Part shown: positions 17,170 to 26,764 of the stretch, in pieces
How the letters are laid out: each line of letters opens with the position of its first letter
Position numbering within the stretch: position 1 is the stretch's first letter
DNA from: a virus
Lineage: Duplodnaviria; Caudoviricetes
DNA length: 52,606 nucleotides
Strand: one strand, 5' to 3'
IMG/VR virus record: IMGVR_UViG_3300037540_000099
Location: 1 to 52,606 of that record
Position numbers and translations under genes: made by a program
Notes under the pieces: generated by a model
What the model saw: the letters and a program-made list of their open reading frames with translations, nothing else
Database searches by the model: none
Told to the model about the DNA's origin: nothing

Positions 17170-20066
17170 CAGACGATCCGCTCCCAGCGGGTTCCGCGTT
17201 CGTCACTCTGCCAGTGTACCGTCTCATTCGCCCGAACGTCAAGGGCAGTCATCTGTAGGCCGCCGTCAGACATTGCCCGAATGCGAGGGTAGGCGAAGCC
17301 GCTCAGATCATCCACCCTCTCCTCGTCAGTCCACTCCAGGCGCGGGTTGGGGACCGAGCGAACGTAGATAGTCCGCTCCCTGGTGTACGTGATCCAAGCG
17401 ATGCCCGCTGCGTCGAGGACCGAATCCACGTCGTCACTTCCGAAGTCCACGTCGCACGCCCACGGTGAGCTCTTCCCCCGCTCGATTTCGATCCCCGAGG
17501 TGCTGCGCCAACCAGGTCCGTCGTTTACGATGCTGAACTCCGCGTCCCCGTTCGTGGCCGCCGTGACGTCGATGTAGTAGCCGCGCGGGTAGTTGTGGTG
17601 CGCCCATTGATCGAGGAACAGCGGGAGGGCTGTCTGCCAGCCGACAGGCATTGTTGTGGTCAACACGACGGAGACGCCCGTGGTATCGGTCGCCGTCACC
17701 GTCACGCTTCCGCCCCCGTCGCTGGTGCCGATGATCTTCAGCATCACAGGACCGACCGTGCGCCCCAAAGTACCCTCCGCGCCCGCGATGCTCTCCCCGT
17801 CAGCGAAACCGCCGAGAGTCCACTGACCGAGCGTTAGGTGAGTCGCCACCCAGCGGGAGAGCCCCAGGCCCAACCAGTTCGCGACGAGGTAGGCATCGGT
17901 CTCCTCATAGGCAACCGGCGCCGGCCAGCCGGAGACCTCCACATCGAAGGTCAGTCCCGAGGTCATCGTCTTCACGACGCGGTTCCGCCAGACCTGAAGG
18001 ACCGAGAGGGTCCGGGTGCGGAACGAACTGATCATCTCCGTGTGGTAGCCGTTGTCCGTGCCTTCGATGCAGTGACCGCGCGTGTAACCGCCGTGCGTAG
18101 GATCGACCCAGACGGGTCCTCCGCAAGTCGAGCAGACCCAGGACTCGAAGGTCAGCGCCCGATTGATCAGCTTGTCTTCGAGGCCGACTGATACGGTTCG
18201 GTGCTCAAGCGGTTGCAGCCACTCACCGGATTGGAGACCGAGGCGGAAGGCCTCCTTGGGGCCCTCGGTCGCGGTGATCAGCTCCCCGAAGTTCGACTCC
18301 ACGGCAGAGCCATGCGCCTTGCCGCCTACGTAGGCGTAGACCGTCCGGCCGAAGCTCCCCTCGAAGTTCGGATCACCCGTTACCCACGGCGCGTTATCAT
18401 CTGCTACGAGGCTAAGGGGTGCCTGAATCTCCTCGCCGCTCGCATCATGGACGGAGTAGAGCTTCAGCGCCACCGCGTCGTTCTCTCCCTGCGTCAATGA
18501 GCTGCTACCGACCCAGCGGGGGAGTGGATCAGTCCAGACTCCTACGCCATTCGGCGTCTCGCGGAAGTCGAACTGCTCCCCCGTCCCCTCGTCCTCCACG
18601 TAGGCTGCCCTCTCGGTGACCGGCAAGTGTTCGTGAGGCCCGTCCGCTCCCCAGGGGCGAAGGCCCTCAGCCCCGGTCGGCGGCGCGGCCCCGCTGTTAC
18701 ACGCGGCGAAGCTACCGGCAACACCCACATCCCACCAGAAGCCGCTGAGATCGAGGGCTGTCGCTGGCTGTACCATACAGGACCCCTGTGAGTCCAGGAT
18801 CGCGATGAAGCCGATAGAGGGTTCGTGGTTAGTCGTGGCCTCGAAGGAGCCGTCAGCACCCGTCGTCGCCAGCGCCACCCAGCCCGTGTTGCCGAGCTCC
18901 GTCTTCCAGCCGTAGATCGTAGCGCCTGCCAGCGGCTCCGAGCCGTAGTGATAGGCTATCCCCTGAATCTTGTAGGTAGGCGCGCTGTAGTCAGTCCAGG
19001 CGCCGGCAAAGGTCACCGTGTACTGCCCGCCGCTGACCGTCTCAATGGACTGCCGGGGGATACCCCCCTGCGTATCATCGTTCGGATGATAGAGCGCGAC
19101 GTGGTACTTCCCCGGGGGCAGGTTCGTGTTCTCCGTCGCGGTCCCGGCGCCGTCGAGAGTGCCCTGCTTGCGGAGTAGGCCGCCATACCACATGATGCTG
19201 TACTTCGCGTCGGCCGGCCCGTTGATTGTGATGGAGACTGCGGCGATGTCAAGCTCCGAATCAACGCCCTCTTCGATCTCCACGAACTCCTGCTTGTAGT
19301 ACATGCGGAGCGATGAGAGAGTGCGCTCAGGCGTCGGTGCCGAAGGCCAGCCGTCTTCGTCCTCTCCCCGGTAGCCCTGGGCACCGAAGCCGCGCGGGAC
19401 CATGATCGGCTCAGTGGTCCCGTTCGGATAGACGCTCTCCACCACTCCATCGGCGTTCGTGCGAAACATCCCCCGGGCAGCCCCGTATCCATCCCACGGG
19501 TAGACCGCCTCCCACCAACAGAGGTGTGAGTCCTGCTCGGTGTCATAGATCATCGCAAGGTCGACCCAGGTATTCGCCTTGAGGACCCCGCCCTCGCTGA
19601 GTGTCACGCTTCCCGGCACCCAGGCCATGCGGAAGATCACCGAGTCGATGTCAGCGAACTCCGTTGCGGGTTGCCAGGTGTTGAAACTGCCGCCGATGTC
19701 CCGGCCCCAACTTGGCGCCGGAAGATCATCGAACATGAGGGCATAGACGGCGTTCCCGTCACCGTCGAGGCGACCGAGAAGTGAGACCGTCGTGTAGGGG
19801 TCGTTCTCAAAGGGGAGAGGGTAATCCGTCTCGCCAATGGTTGCCTTCAGCACGCGGAAGAAGAACTCGCTGCCTCCGTAGATGATCGAACCGCGACCGT
19901 CAGCGTTGACCGTGTTGGTGATCCCAACGACCTCGCCAACCTCACCGTCGAAGAGGTCCTCATGGGCAAGGGCAGTCCGCTGAAGACCGGAGGGCCAGAC
20001 CACCGGCACAGCAGGCACCGGAAGCGTGTTGTACGCAGGCTCGTTGTACGCCCCGCGATTGTACAT
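17169..20066 (-). CDS. Large minor tail protein (~965 aa)
   Basis: T/G-rich beta composition, carboxypeptidase-regulatory-like segment (ATTGADGSF), C-terminal Asp-box (SDERGTRW); coupled start MYNRG. Confidence 0.7.
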   Translation of the reverse strand: MYNRGAYNEPAYNTLPVPAVPVVWPSGLQRTALAHEDLFDGEVGEVVGITNTVNADGRGSIIYGGSEFFFRVLKATIGETDYPLPFENDPYTTVSLLGRLDGDGNAVYALMFDDLPAPSWGRDIGGSFNTWQPATEFADIDSVIFRMAWVPGSVTLSEGGVLKANTWVDLAMIYDTEQDSHLCWWEAVYPWDGYGAARGMFRTNADGVVESVYPNGTTEPIMVPRGFGAQGYRGEDEDGWPSAPTPERTLSSLRMYYKQEFVEIEEGVDSELDIAAVSITINGPADAKYSIMWYGGLLRKQGTLDGAGTATENTNLPPGKYHVALYHPNDDTQGGIPRQSIETVSGGQYTVTFAGAWTDYSAPTYKIQGIAYHYGSEPLAGATIYGWKTELGNTGWVALATTGADGSFEATTNHEPSIGFIAILDSQGSCMVQPATALDLSGFWWDVGVAGSFAACNSGAAPPTGAEGLRPWGADGPHEHLPVTERAAYVEDEGTGEQFDFRETPNGVGVWTDPLPRWVGSSSLTQGENDAVALKLYSVHDASGEEIQAPLSLVADDNAPWVTGDPNFEGSFGRTVYAYVGGKAHGSAVESNFGELITATEGPKEAFRLGLQSGEWLQPLEHRTVSVGLEDKLINRALTFESWVCSTCGGPVWVDPTHGGYTRGHCIEGTDNGYHTEMISSFRTRTLSVLQVWRNRVVKTMTSGLTFDVEVSGWPAPVAYEETDAYLVANWLGLGLSRWVATHLTLGQWTLGGFADGESIAGAEGTLGRTVGPVMLKIIGTSDGGGSVTVTATDTTGVSVVLTTTMPVGWQTALPLFLDQWAHHNYPRGYYIDVTAATNGDAEFSIVNDGPGWRSTSGIEIERGKSSPWACDVDFGSDDVDSVLDAAGIAWITYTRERTIYVRSVPNPRLEWTDEERVDDLSGFAYPRIRAMSDGGLQMTALDVRANETVHWQSDERGTRWERIV

Positions 20067-20941
20067 CAGGTCTTCGAGAGCTCCTGGTCGCTGCCCCACC
20101 CGTCGTTCTGGTAGTGGAAGTCGATCTCCAGCAGGAAGGCATCGGCGGCGTAGTCATCCCCATCGCTCACGTCTCGATAGATGCGGCACATCAGGGTCGG
20201 GGAGACACTCGTAATCCCACTCATGTCGATAGCAGCCAGGGCCGCGTATTGGTGCTTGTGGGCCACTCCGTCTCCGGCCTGGGTCACGTCAAGTGTGCTG
20301 GTCGCTCCAAACGTGCCGTCGATCTCGGCGAGCGTATACTCCAGTTTCCAGGTCACGCTCCCCGTGTCGGTATCGGAGGGCGCCCAGTGGATATGAGGGC
20401 GGAGCTCGGTCTCGACTGCCCAGCCATGAGGAACCTGCACAGTGAAGTACATCTCCTCGTCTTGATTCTTGTCGAAGGCATAGGCCTTCACAGTCCCCTG
20501 AAAGGTCTCCAGGTCTGGGGCGCTCGCACCGATGACTGCGGATGTGGCGGGGAAGCGGATGTCCTCCCACGAGAGGCCGTCCCCTGTCGTGCGGGTGACA
20601 CCAGTGATCGGTGAGTTCCCGGCGTCAAGGCTGAACTTCTCGTCCATGTGCTCTGCCATCACCAGGGCGGCCACGCGCGAGGCCGCGGCGTGATCGGCGG
20701 CGACCGTCCCCGACTGCGCCCGAACAACCGTGAGCACATTCCCCGCCTTGTTGGTACACTCCATCACCTCCATCCCCGGATCGTCGCCCGGGTCGCCATA
20801 GTTGGCGTCGTTCCAGACGGTCAGCCAGAACGGGGTTGCGGGGAGGAGTGATCCGTCGCCAACCGTCAGCGAGGTCTCGGAGCTGGTGATTACGTAGGTG
20901 AGGCGCGTCTTGGCGTTGTTGAGGACTTGGTGAGTGGCCAT
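20066..20941 (-). CDS. Tail fibre-like structural protein
   Basis: N-terminal LT..ITSSETSLTV.DGS.LP...EVM.CT....NVLTVVRAQSGT.A..H motif common in phage tail proteins. Confidence 0.7.
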   Translation of the reverse strand: MATHQVLNNAKTRLTYVITSSETSLTVGDGSLLPATPFWLTVWNDANYGDPGDDPGMEVMECTNKAGNVLTVVRAQSGTVAADHAAASRVAALVMAEHMDEKFSLDAGNSPITGVTRTTGDGLSWEDIRFPATSAVIGASAPDLETFQGTVKAYAFDKNQDEEMYFTVQVPHGWAVETELRPHIHWAPSDTDTGSVTWKLEYTLAEIDGTFGATSTLDVTQAGDGVAHKHQYAALAAIDMSGITSVSPTLMCRIYRDVSDGDDYAADAFLLEIDFHYQNDGWGSDQELSKT

Positions 20942-20950
20942 GCCCGCATT

Positions 20951-21295
20951 CTACTGCGAGGGGTGAGACTGCGCAAGGGCTGAGGGGTGCGCGGGGATGC
21001 CGGCGAGGGAGCCGGGCGCTTCCGAAGCATCGATGATGGAGACCGAAGGGCGCCCGTCGATCACAGCCACTTCGATGCACTCACCGGAAGCCGTGAGGTA
21101 GCGGCCGGTAGGGATGTGCGTCTCGGTTGCTGCGACCGTCTGACGCTCTGCGCGGAGCTGTGCTCGCTTGGCTTCGGCAACTCGTTGGCCCGCCGTCCAC
21201 TCACCGAGCCAGACGCCGAGGCAGACCATCACGAGCAGGCCGAGCACGCAGAGGGCTGGCTTCAGGATGGAAGGGCGGCGGAGGGAGGTCATCAT
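20951..21295 (-). CDS. Single-TM hypothetical protein
   Basis: Hydrophobic ALCVLGLLVMVCLGVWL; ATGA coupling. Confidence 0.65.
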   Translation of the reverse strand: MMTSLRRPSILKPALCVLGLLVMVCLGVWLGEWTAGQRVAEAKRAQLRAERQTVAATETHIPTGRYLTASGECIEVAVIDGRPSVSIIDASEAPGSLAGIPAHPSALAQSHPSQ

Positions 21296-22209
21296 ATCGT
21301 CCCGTTTGGTAGCTGCCCGATGATACCTGCATCGAAGCCGCCCTTGAATAGACGGCTCGGGTGCTGCTTCATCAGACCGTCTACGTAGTCAACACCCGAC
21401 CATGCTTCGAGGCCGGACAGCCACTCCGTCAGCATCGGGTACGGTGGCTGGTCGAGCAACTTCTTCGGCAGGATGCGCTCTTCCCGGTCGTGATCGTAGA
21501 GGGGCTTCATCTTGGGCCAGAACTTGAATCCGAGGAGAGCCCCCGTCAATACATTGTGCTCAATCAGCTTCGCCCTGAGCGGTTGGCCACTTGCCCAGTA
21601 GCAGTCCAGGATGATCTGATAGTCGATCAGCATCAGGGCCAAGCGCCCGCCAACGGAGCGGACCATCGCGGCCGCCTCGTCTACGAAGGTGCAGATCCGA
21701 TGGCTGCTTTCGGCCCGCATCGCATCATCATTCTGGGAGATCGTCTGACAGTAACCCGTCTCAGCGTAGCGGTTGCCAACCAGGATCGCCCGGACCTGGG
21801 GCGCCACGTCGCGGAGAACCTCCAAGTTATGATCATAGGCGATGGTCGGCGCCGGCGGGAACGGGCCATCGTTGAATTGGGTGCCCTCGTACATCGGCGC
21901 GTAGAGCACATCTTGCGTGCAGGCAACCTTGTGTAGATCGGAACGGAAGAGCCAGTCGGTCTCCACACCGTTCGGCGCGGTCCCGTAGCCGGTCGTGCAA
22001 ACGAGGATGCGCCCGGGCTCATAGTTGATGGACTGCCACGTTGCCCTGCCCGAGCAGCAGATCAGGTAGAGCGGGAACGGGCACTCATAGGGTGTGCTGT
22101 ACTCCTGGGCATTGCGGACTATCCGCGTCGGCTTGTCCGTCTCGATCTCATGTCCTGCTGCTCCCAGCCCGGTTACGCTTGGCGCAGATATGAGCCCCAT
22201 GTTTCCCAA
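21292..22209 (-). CDS. Hypothetical protein (possible TIM-barrel-like fold)
   Basis: 305-aa ORF in the coupled operon; VRAILVGN resembles a glycosidase strand. Confidence 0.65.
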   Translation of the reverse strand: MGNMGLISAPSVTGLGAAGHEIETDKPTRIVRNAQEYSTPYECPFPLYLICCSGRATWQSINYEPGRILVCTTGYGTAPNGVETDWLFRSDLHKVACTQDVLYAPMYEGTQFNDGPFPPAPTIAYDHNLEVLRDVAPQVRAILVGNRYAETGYCQTISQNDDAMRAESSHRICTFVDEAAAMVRSVGGRLALMLIDYQIILDCYWASGQPLRAKLIEHNVLTGALLGFKFWPKMKPLYDHDREERILPKKLLDQPPYPMLTEWLSGLEAWSGVDYVDGLMKQHPSRLFKGGFDAGIIGQLPNGTI

Positions 22210-23006
22210 CTCCAGACGTGCGGCTGAGGATCGAGGTTCTGAACGTCTACAGGTTGCCCGATTGCGGACAGCGGGTCAAGGGGATTGGCGGCCGTAGCCA
22301 GCAAGTAGGTCCGCGCGTCTTCGACTGAGGCAGCCTGCATCGCATCCCACGGGACCCCGCCGACAGACTTGCTCATCCCCGCCCCGTAGTCATCGGTGAT
22401 CATCGGCAGGGAGAGCTGCAGGTGCTCGCGCCCGGCCGCCTCGAAGACGGCCTTCTCAAGGGCGATCATCTTTTGGATGCCCACCGAGCTGTCGGCTTCC
22501 GGCGGCCACTCCGGCGCATAGTCCGCGCCCTCGGCGAACTCCATCCCGCGAATCATCAGGCTCGGGTAGTAGTCAACCAGATCATCCATGATCAGGTTGC
22601 GGAACTCCACCCCCAGGCTTGCGAGGTGGTCTATGGTCTCTCTGATCCTGGCCCACACAGTCGGGCCGACCTGCTGTGCGTACTGGGTGTCAGGACGCGG
22701 GCGAACGCCAATCGGCGCCCTGTAGACCTTCGCCGCGCGAATGCCGAACCACGCCATGCAGCCGGCCAGGTCGATCACTCCCCCGTAGTGATACTCCGGG
22801 CGCTCCCAACTGCCGTCAAGCCTGATGTGGAACGGGATGCCCTCGCGCTCGCAGTGGAGCGCACCGAGCAGCAGCGTCCGCACATGGCCGACGTGAATCC
22901 GCGACCGAGGGTACTGCCAGAGGCGCAGGTTGACCGCCTGGTAAGGATCGTGCGGGGAGGGATCGCTCTGGATGGTGATGGCCACGCGGGCTCGTCGGTA
23001 AGTCAT
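22173..23006 (-). CDS. Minimal GluRS/GluQ-RS-like class I aaRS catalytic domain protein
   Basis: RLWQYPRSRIHVGH (HIGH), FHIRLD, MAWFGI, IMDD...MIRGMEF, FEAAG, LPMITDDYGAGMSKS (KMSKS), all collinear with GluRS. Confidence 0.75.
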   Translation of the reverse strand: MTYRRARVAITIQSDPSPHDPYQAVNLRLWQYPRSRIHVGHVRTLLLGALHCEREGIPFHIRLDGSWERPEYHYGGVIDLAGCMAWFGIRAAKVYRAPIGVRPRPDTQYAQQVGPTVWARIRETIDHLASLGVEFRNLIMDDLVDYYPSLMIRGMEFAEGADYAPEWPPEADSSVGIQKMIALEKAVFEAAGREHLQLSLPMITDDYGAGMSKSVGGVPWDAMQAASVEDARTYLLATAANPLDPLSAIGQPVDVQNLDPQPHVWSWETWGSYLRQA

Positions 23007-23200
23007 TTCGGATGTTGCCTTTCCGTCTCCTCGAGGATCTCAAACCAGAGCTGATCAATGGCTTCCGGTGGGGCCTGCAGTATCAGGGCCGCCGTCATGT
23101 GGCGGCCTCGCTTCTGCAGGGTGCTCACAAGGTGGCTGCGCTTCCTCTCGGGCGTCCAGTTCACGATAGCGTCCGCAACACCGGCAGTCTTCGGATTCAT
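23003..23200 (-). CDS. Small hypothetical protein
   Basis: ATGA-coupled at both ends. Confidence 0.65.
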   Translation of the reverse strand: MNPKTAGVADAIVNWTPERKRSHLVSTLQKRGRHMTAALILQAPPEAIDQLWFEILEETERQHPK

Positions 23201-24990
23201 CCCTGCTCCCTTTGCAGCGCCTCGATCTCCCGCACGACCTCGGCCCGCAGGTCGTCGAGGTTGCGCTCGCAGAGCTCGTTCATGTGTTTACCCTCGAGCC
23301 ACGCGCCGCCGTCAAGCGCGTTCAGCGTGGCAACGTACCGGGCGTCGTCTACGCCTTCCCTGAAACCTTCCCAGCCGATGGTATCGAACATCGCCTCCGG
23401 CCCTCTGCAACTCAGGAACCCGTTGACGATGCCGGTGTCTACCGGGTCGCCGACCTTCAGCGGGGGATCGAAGCCGCAGTAAGCCCACGTCATCGTCCCA
23501 TCGGTTCCGCGCACGTAGAGGCCGAAGCCCCTGTTCCTCCGGTGACTCTCCGGGTCGGGCCAGTTGCCCGGGGGGTCCATGTAGGAGAGGACCTCGTTCC
23601 CCGCCGCGTGAGAGGCCGTGATGCCCTTCTCGAAGCGCGGGTCTGCCTGGTACTTGCCGCCGTCTGTGACCCAGAGCCTCGGGTCGCACCTCGACCGACT
23701 GTATGGGTTGCGCAAGAACTCGTCGGAGTTCGACTTCGCGTGGTCGAGGCAGGTCCCGTAGCCGTAGCCGGGGTCCATGATTACGGCGGTGCGGAGCGAG
23801 TCAGCGACAGCCGGTGCCCAGTCGTGATTGCATGCCACCCAGCACCCGCCACCGTTCGGGGTTCGGCAGGAGTGGAATGACTCGCGCTCGCCCATGAGGA
23901 TGTCAATGGGTGCCTCGTCCATCCCCATCCACAGGACGGACGTGTATCCTCGGTCCATCGCCCAGGCGTTGATCTTCAGCGCCCGGGCCTTGTTGAGTGC
24001 CTGTTCGTCGTGGGTCAGCGGGCGGTTGTAGACGATGGTCATGCCGCCGTCCATCGTATAGAGGCGGCCCTTCGGCATTCCCGCCTGCTCGCGCAAGTCG
24101 AGGATGCGCCCGAGCAGCTCGAAGTCCATGATGCCAGTCTCAATGCCCGGCGTGTCCTTTGGCAGCACCCTCGCGCCGTCGTAGGTGTTCGGGTTGGTGC
24201 AGCCGTGCGCCACCATGTTCCGGAAGTCACTGAGCATCTGCGCTTCGGTCAGCATCTCCGACGCCTTCGGGGCATCGGGGGGCAGCGCCCCTTCGAGTCG
24301 CTTCGGGTAGTAGATGGAGTATGTGAACGGCGCGTCGATCAGGTCGATGTCCGGCACCCGAACGGTGAGCGTGATGACCGTCTTCGGCTTGCCCTCCACG
24401 GTGACGGTGACTCGCCCTTTGTAGGTGCCCGCCGTCGCGTCCTCGGGGACGTGGACGGTCAGCCAATACTGTTCGCGCCCATCGCTATCCACGGGCAGCA
24501 TCGTCGGCGAGTCGATGGCCTCCTTCACCACCTTCATAAATGCCCAGTGTTCACCCTCTGACGGACGGGCCCGAAGGCCTGCAGGCGTCGGGAGGTCTGG
24601 GCTCCCGTAGGTAAGCTCGAAGATGCCGGGATCGTGTACCAGCGTCCACGGGAAGATGCCCATGCTCGCCCGGGTCACGTCGTGCGCGGTCATCTGAGCG
24701 AGTCGGATGTCAACGCAGGAGGAAGGCAACCGCCCCTCTTCCCCGCGCAGGCCAGAGCACGTCACGCGGATGCCCGTCAACGGTTCCTCTGAGTCCACGA
24801 CGAAGGTCGCCGGTTCGTATTCACCCCGGCAAGCGGTCACGGCCAATGACCGGCCCTCTCTGTACTCAACAGGGAGCGGGCCATCCGGCATGACCGATGC
24901 CAGGGTGAACGGATGGTCGGTCGTGTAGACCTCGTAGGCGCCGGCCGAAGAGCCGACACCTACGAGGGTGAGCAGTGCGAGGGTTCTCAT
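23197..24990 (-). CDS. Secreted glycoside-hydrolase-like protein (GH123/DUF4091-like)
   Basis: Signal peptide MRTLALLTLVGVGSSAGA; RGEYEPATF; YWLTVHVPEDATAGTYKG; DEA acidic pair; WEGFREGVDDARY C-terminal motif; AAGGAG RBS. Confidence 0.75.
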   Translation of the reverse strand: MRTLALLTLVGVGSSAGAYEVYTTDHPFTLASVMPDGPLPVEYREGRSLAVTACRGEYEPATFVVDSEEPLTGIRVTCSGLRGEEGRLPSSCVDIRLAQMTAHDVTRASMGIFPWTLVHDPGIFELTYGSPDLPTPAGLRARPSEGEHWAFMKVVKEAIDSPTMLPVDSDGREQYWLTVHVPEDATAGTYKGRVTVTVEGKPKTVITLTVRVPDIDLIDAPFTYSIYYPKRLEGALPPDAPKASEMLTEAQMLSDFRNMVAHGCTNPNTYDGARVLPKDTPGIETGIMDFELLGRILDLREQAGMPKGRLYTMDGGMTIVYNRPLTHDEQALNKARALKINAWAMDRGYTSVLWMGMDEAPIDILMGERESFHSCRTPNGGGCWVACNHDWAPAVADSLRTAVIMDPGYGYGTCLDHAKSNSDEFLRNPYSRSRCDPRLWVTDGGKYQADPRFEKGITASHAAGNEVLSYMDPPGNWPDPESHRRNRGFGLYVRGTDGTMTWAYCGFDPPLKVGDPVDTGIVNGFLSCRGPEAMFDTIGWEGFREGVDDARYVATLNALDGGAWLEGKHMNELCERNLDDLRAEVVREIEALQREQG

Positions 24991-25175
24991 ATTGCGCTCC
25001 TTGTGGGTGCGTTTCGTCGCGCGATAGCAGCAAGGCGAACGATGGCGCCAGCTATGATGACGGCCTCTGCGGCCTTGAACGTGACGCACCCGCCTGCAGC
25101 GTCTCGTATCTCAACCTTATCGAGTCTTTGCACGACCGTCCCGGCGGTTGTGCCGTCGTCAGATATGACCTCCAT
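24987..25175 (-). CDS. Small hypothetical protein
   Basis: GGAGGAG RBS; stop overlaps the next ATG. Confidence 0.55.
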   Translation of the reverse strand: MEVISDDGTTAGTVVQRLDKVEIRDAAGGCVTFKAAEAVIIAGAIVRLAAIARRNAPTRSAI

Positions 25176-25212
25176 CGCTACGCTCCTCCGTCAGATGCCC
25201 CCGCTCGTGCGG

Positions 25213-25932
25213 CTACCAGGGGAAGTCGCCGGGCTGGTGCAGGCACAGGTTGCGGGCGTGCCATCGGTAGTGACTCGCGCCGGTTGAATCCCAGTCCGTA
25301 GGCCACTTCAGTCGGCCTGCGTGCCCGTCGAGGAAGACGGCGTTGGAGCCCATGCTGTGCCGGTCGGGGCTGAACCTGCGATACGGGTAGTACAGGTAAG
25401 GGGTCGGGTTGCCGTCGCCGCGATTGCACCCCTGGTTGTCGGCGATCATCACGATGTCACTCATTCCCGTCAGGGTGCCATTGGGCAGCATACGAGTCCA
25501 CACGTTCTCGGGGAAGATGCCGGTGATGCAGATGTTGGGCGCGTAGCTCAAGAACCGGGCCTTCGCGTTGTACGGCTGTCGCCGCGTCAGCCACGAACAG
25601 TTTTTCCAGTCGGGGCAAACGAGCACGGACTCGTTCGCGATGTACGGGGTGAGGATGCCACCCCAGGGCACCAGGCTCTCAAGGTTCGGCCCGTAGTAGA
25701 CGAACCACACATTCTCCCCGCCGCCGTTGCTCGACGGAGGCAGGGCACCATCCTCGTCCGAAGCATACGTCAGGGCCGCCATCCCAAGTTGGCGGATGTT
25801 CATGAGGCAGTTCGTCGTCCGCGCCTTCTTGCGGACCTGGGCGAACACTGGGAAAAGGATCGCAGCCAGGATGCAGATGATCGCGATCACGATCAACAGC
25901 TCTATGAGGGTGAAGCCTTGTCTGCGTCTCAT
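25213..25932 (-). CDS. Prepilin-type N-terminal cleavage/methylation protein, DUF1559/H-X9-DG family
   Basis: MRRRQG|FTLIELLIVIAIICILAAILFPVFAQ.R.KAR...C..N..QLG; C-terminal H-SMGSNAVFL-DG; AAGGAG RBS. Confidence 0.93.
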   Translation of the reverse strand: MRRRQGFTLIELLIVIAIICILAAILFPVFAQVRKKARTTNCLMNIRQLGMAALTYASDEDGALPPSSNGGGENVWFVYYGPNLESLVPWGGILTPYIANESVLVCPDWKNCSWLTRRQPYNAKARFLSYAPNICITGIFPENVWTRMLPNGTLTGMSDIVMIADNQGCNRGDGNPTPYLYYPYRRFSPDRHSMGSNAVFLDGHAGRLKWPTDWDSTGASHYRWHARNLCLHQPGDFPW

Positions 25933-25967
25933 TGCGGAAGGTCTCCTTTGTTGTCTGTGGTTACCAG

Positions 25968-26177
25968 CTATCGAGCCAAGCCCGGCGCCGGTCCTCCCGT
26001 CTCTGGCGTTGCCCCGTCAGCGGTGCCAGGAATGGGTGCAGGCGAACCTGGCGTGGCTTCCACGCCCTCACTCGGCTTGTCGCGCAAAGCGGCCCATACG
26101 AAACAGCCGACGAGCACGACTGCGGCAACGACTATCGCGATCACTATCCTCGGGTCGACTGCCTTCTTCTCGTTCAC
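25968..26177 (-). CDS. Small single-TM protein with Pro/Gly tail
   Basis: VDPRIVIAIVVAAVVLVGCFVW; GTGA-coupled; AAGGAGG RBS. Confidence 0.7.
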   Translation of the reverse strand: MNEKKAVDPRIVIAIVVAAVVLVGCFVWAALRDKPSEGVEATPGSPAPIPGTADGATPETGGPAPGLAR

Positions 26178-26764
26178 GGTGTCCCTCCTTCGGGTACATG
26201 CCCCCGCGCTCGGGGGTCGTAGCTTGACAGCGTGCTCCCGTCTGCCATGCACTCGGGTCTCCACTTGTTCTCTCCACGGATGAAGCCGAGCTTCTCGCGA
26301 CTGATTGCCACCTCCCTTGCAACTGCCGTGCTGTCGTCTGTATGGGCTGCCTTGATCTCCGCATCGGCCTTCCGGTCACCGATCTCGGCCATCACCCAGA
26401 CAGCCTTCGCGCGAAGGTCCGCGTCAACGTTGCTGCCGGCCGCGATTTCCCCCATGCCCATGATCACACGGTTCGTGTGGGGCTCGCCCTTCTTGCGCTT
26501 GTGCCTCGTCTTCGCGAACCAGCGCCGCCCGCGAATCACGAGTGCCGATGCGGTTGCCTCTCGGGGAGCCAGGTCATGCTTGAAGGCGTGAATGAGGGCC
26601 TCCGCGCTCTCCCGAGAGTCAAGCGCACAGAGGCTCTCTACGGCGTCCACCTTCCCCTGCGGGGCAGGACGGTCAAGCGCATCCCGAAGCTCAGGCACAG
26701 GCGACACAGAGCAGCCTGAGAGCACGAGGAAGGCGGCGAGGGGGAGGAGTCTCATGGGGTTCAC
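26174..26764 (-). CDS. HEAT-repeat-like lipoprotein
   Basis: Lipobox LSG|C; REATASAL and LRAKAVWVMAEIGD HEAT-like helices. Confidence 0.7.
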   Translation of the reverse strand: MNPMRLLPLAAFLVLSGCSVSPVPELRDALDRPAPQGKVDAVESLCALDSRESAEALIHAFKHDLAPREATASALVIRGRRWFAKTRHKRKKGEPHTNRVIMGMGEIAAGSNVDADLRAKAVWVMAEIGDRKADAEIKAAHTDDSTAVAREVAISREKLGFIRGENKWRPECMADGSTLSSYDPRARGHVPEGGTP

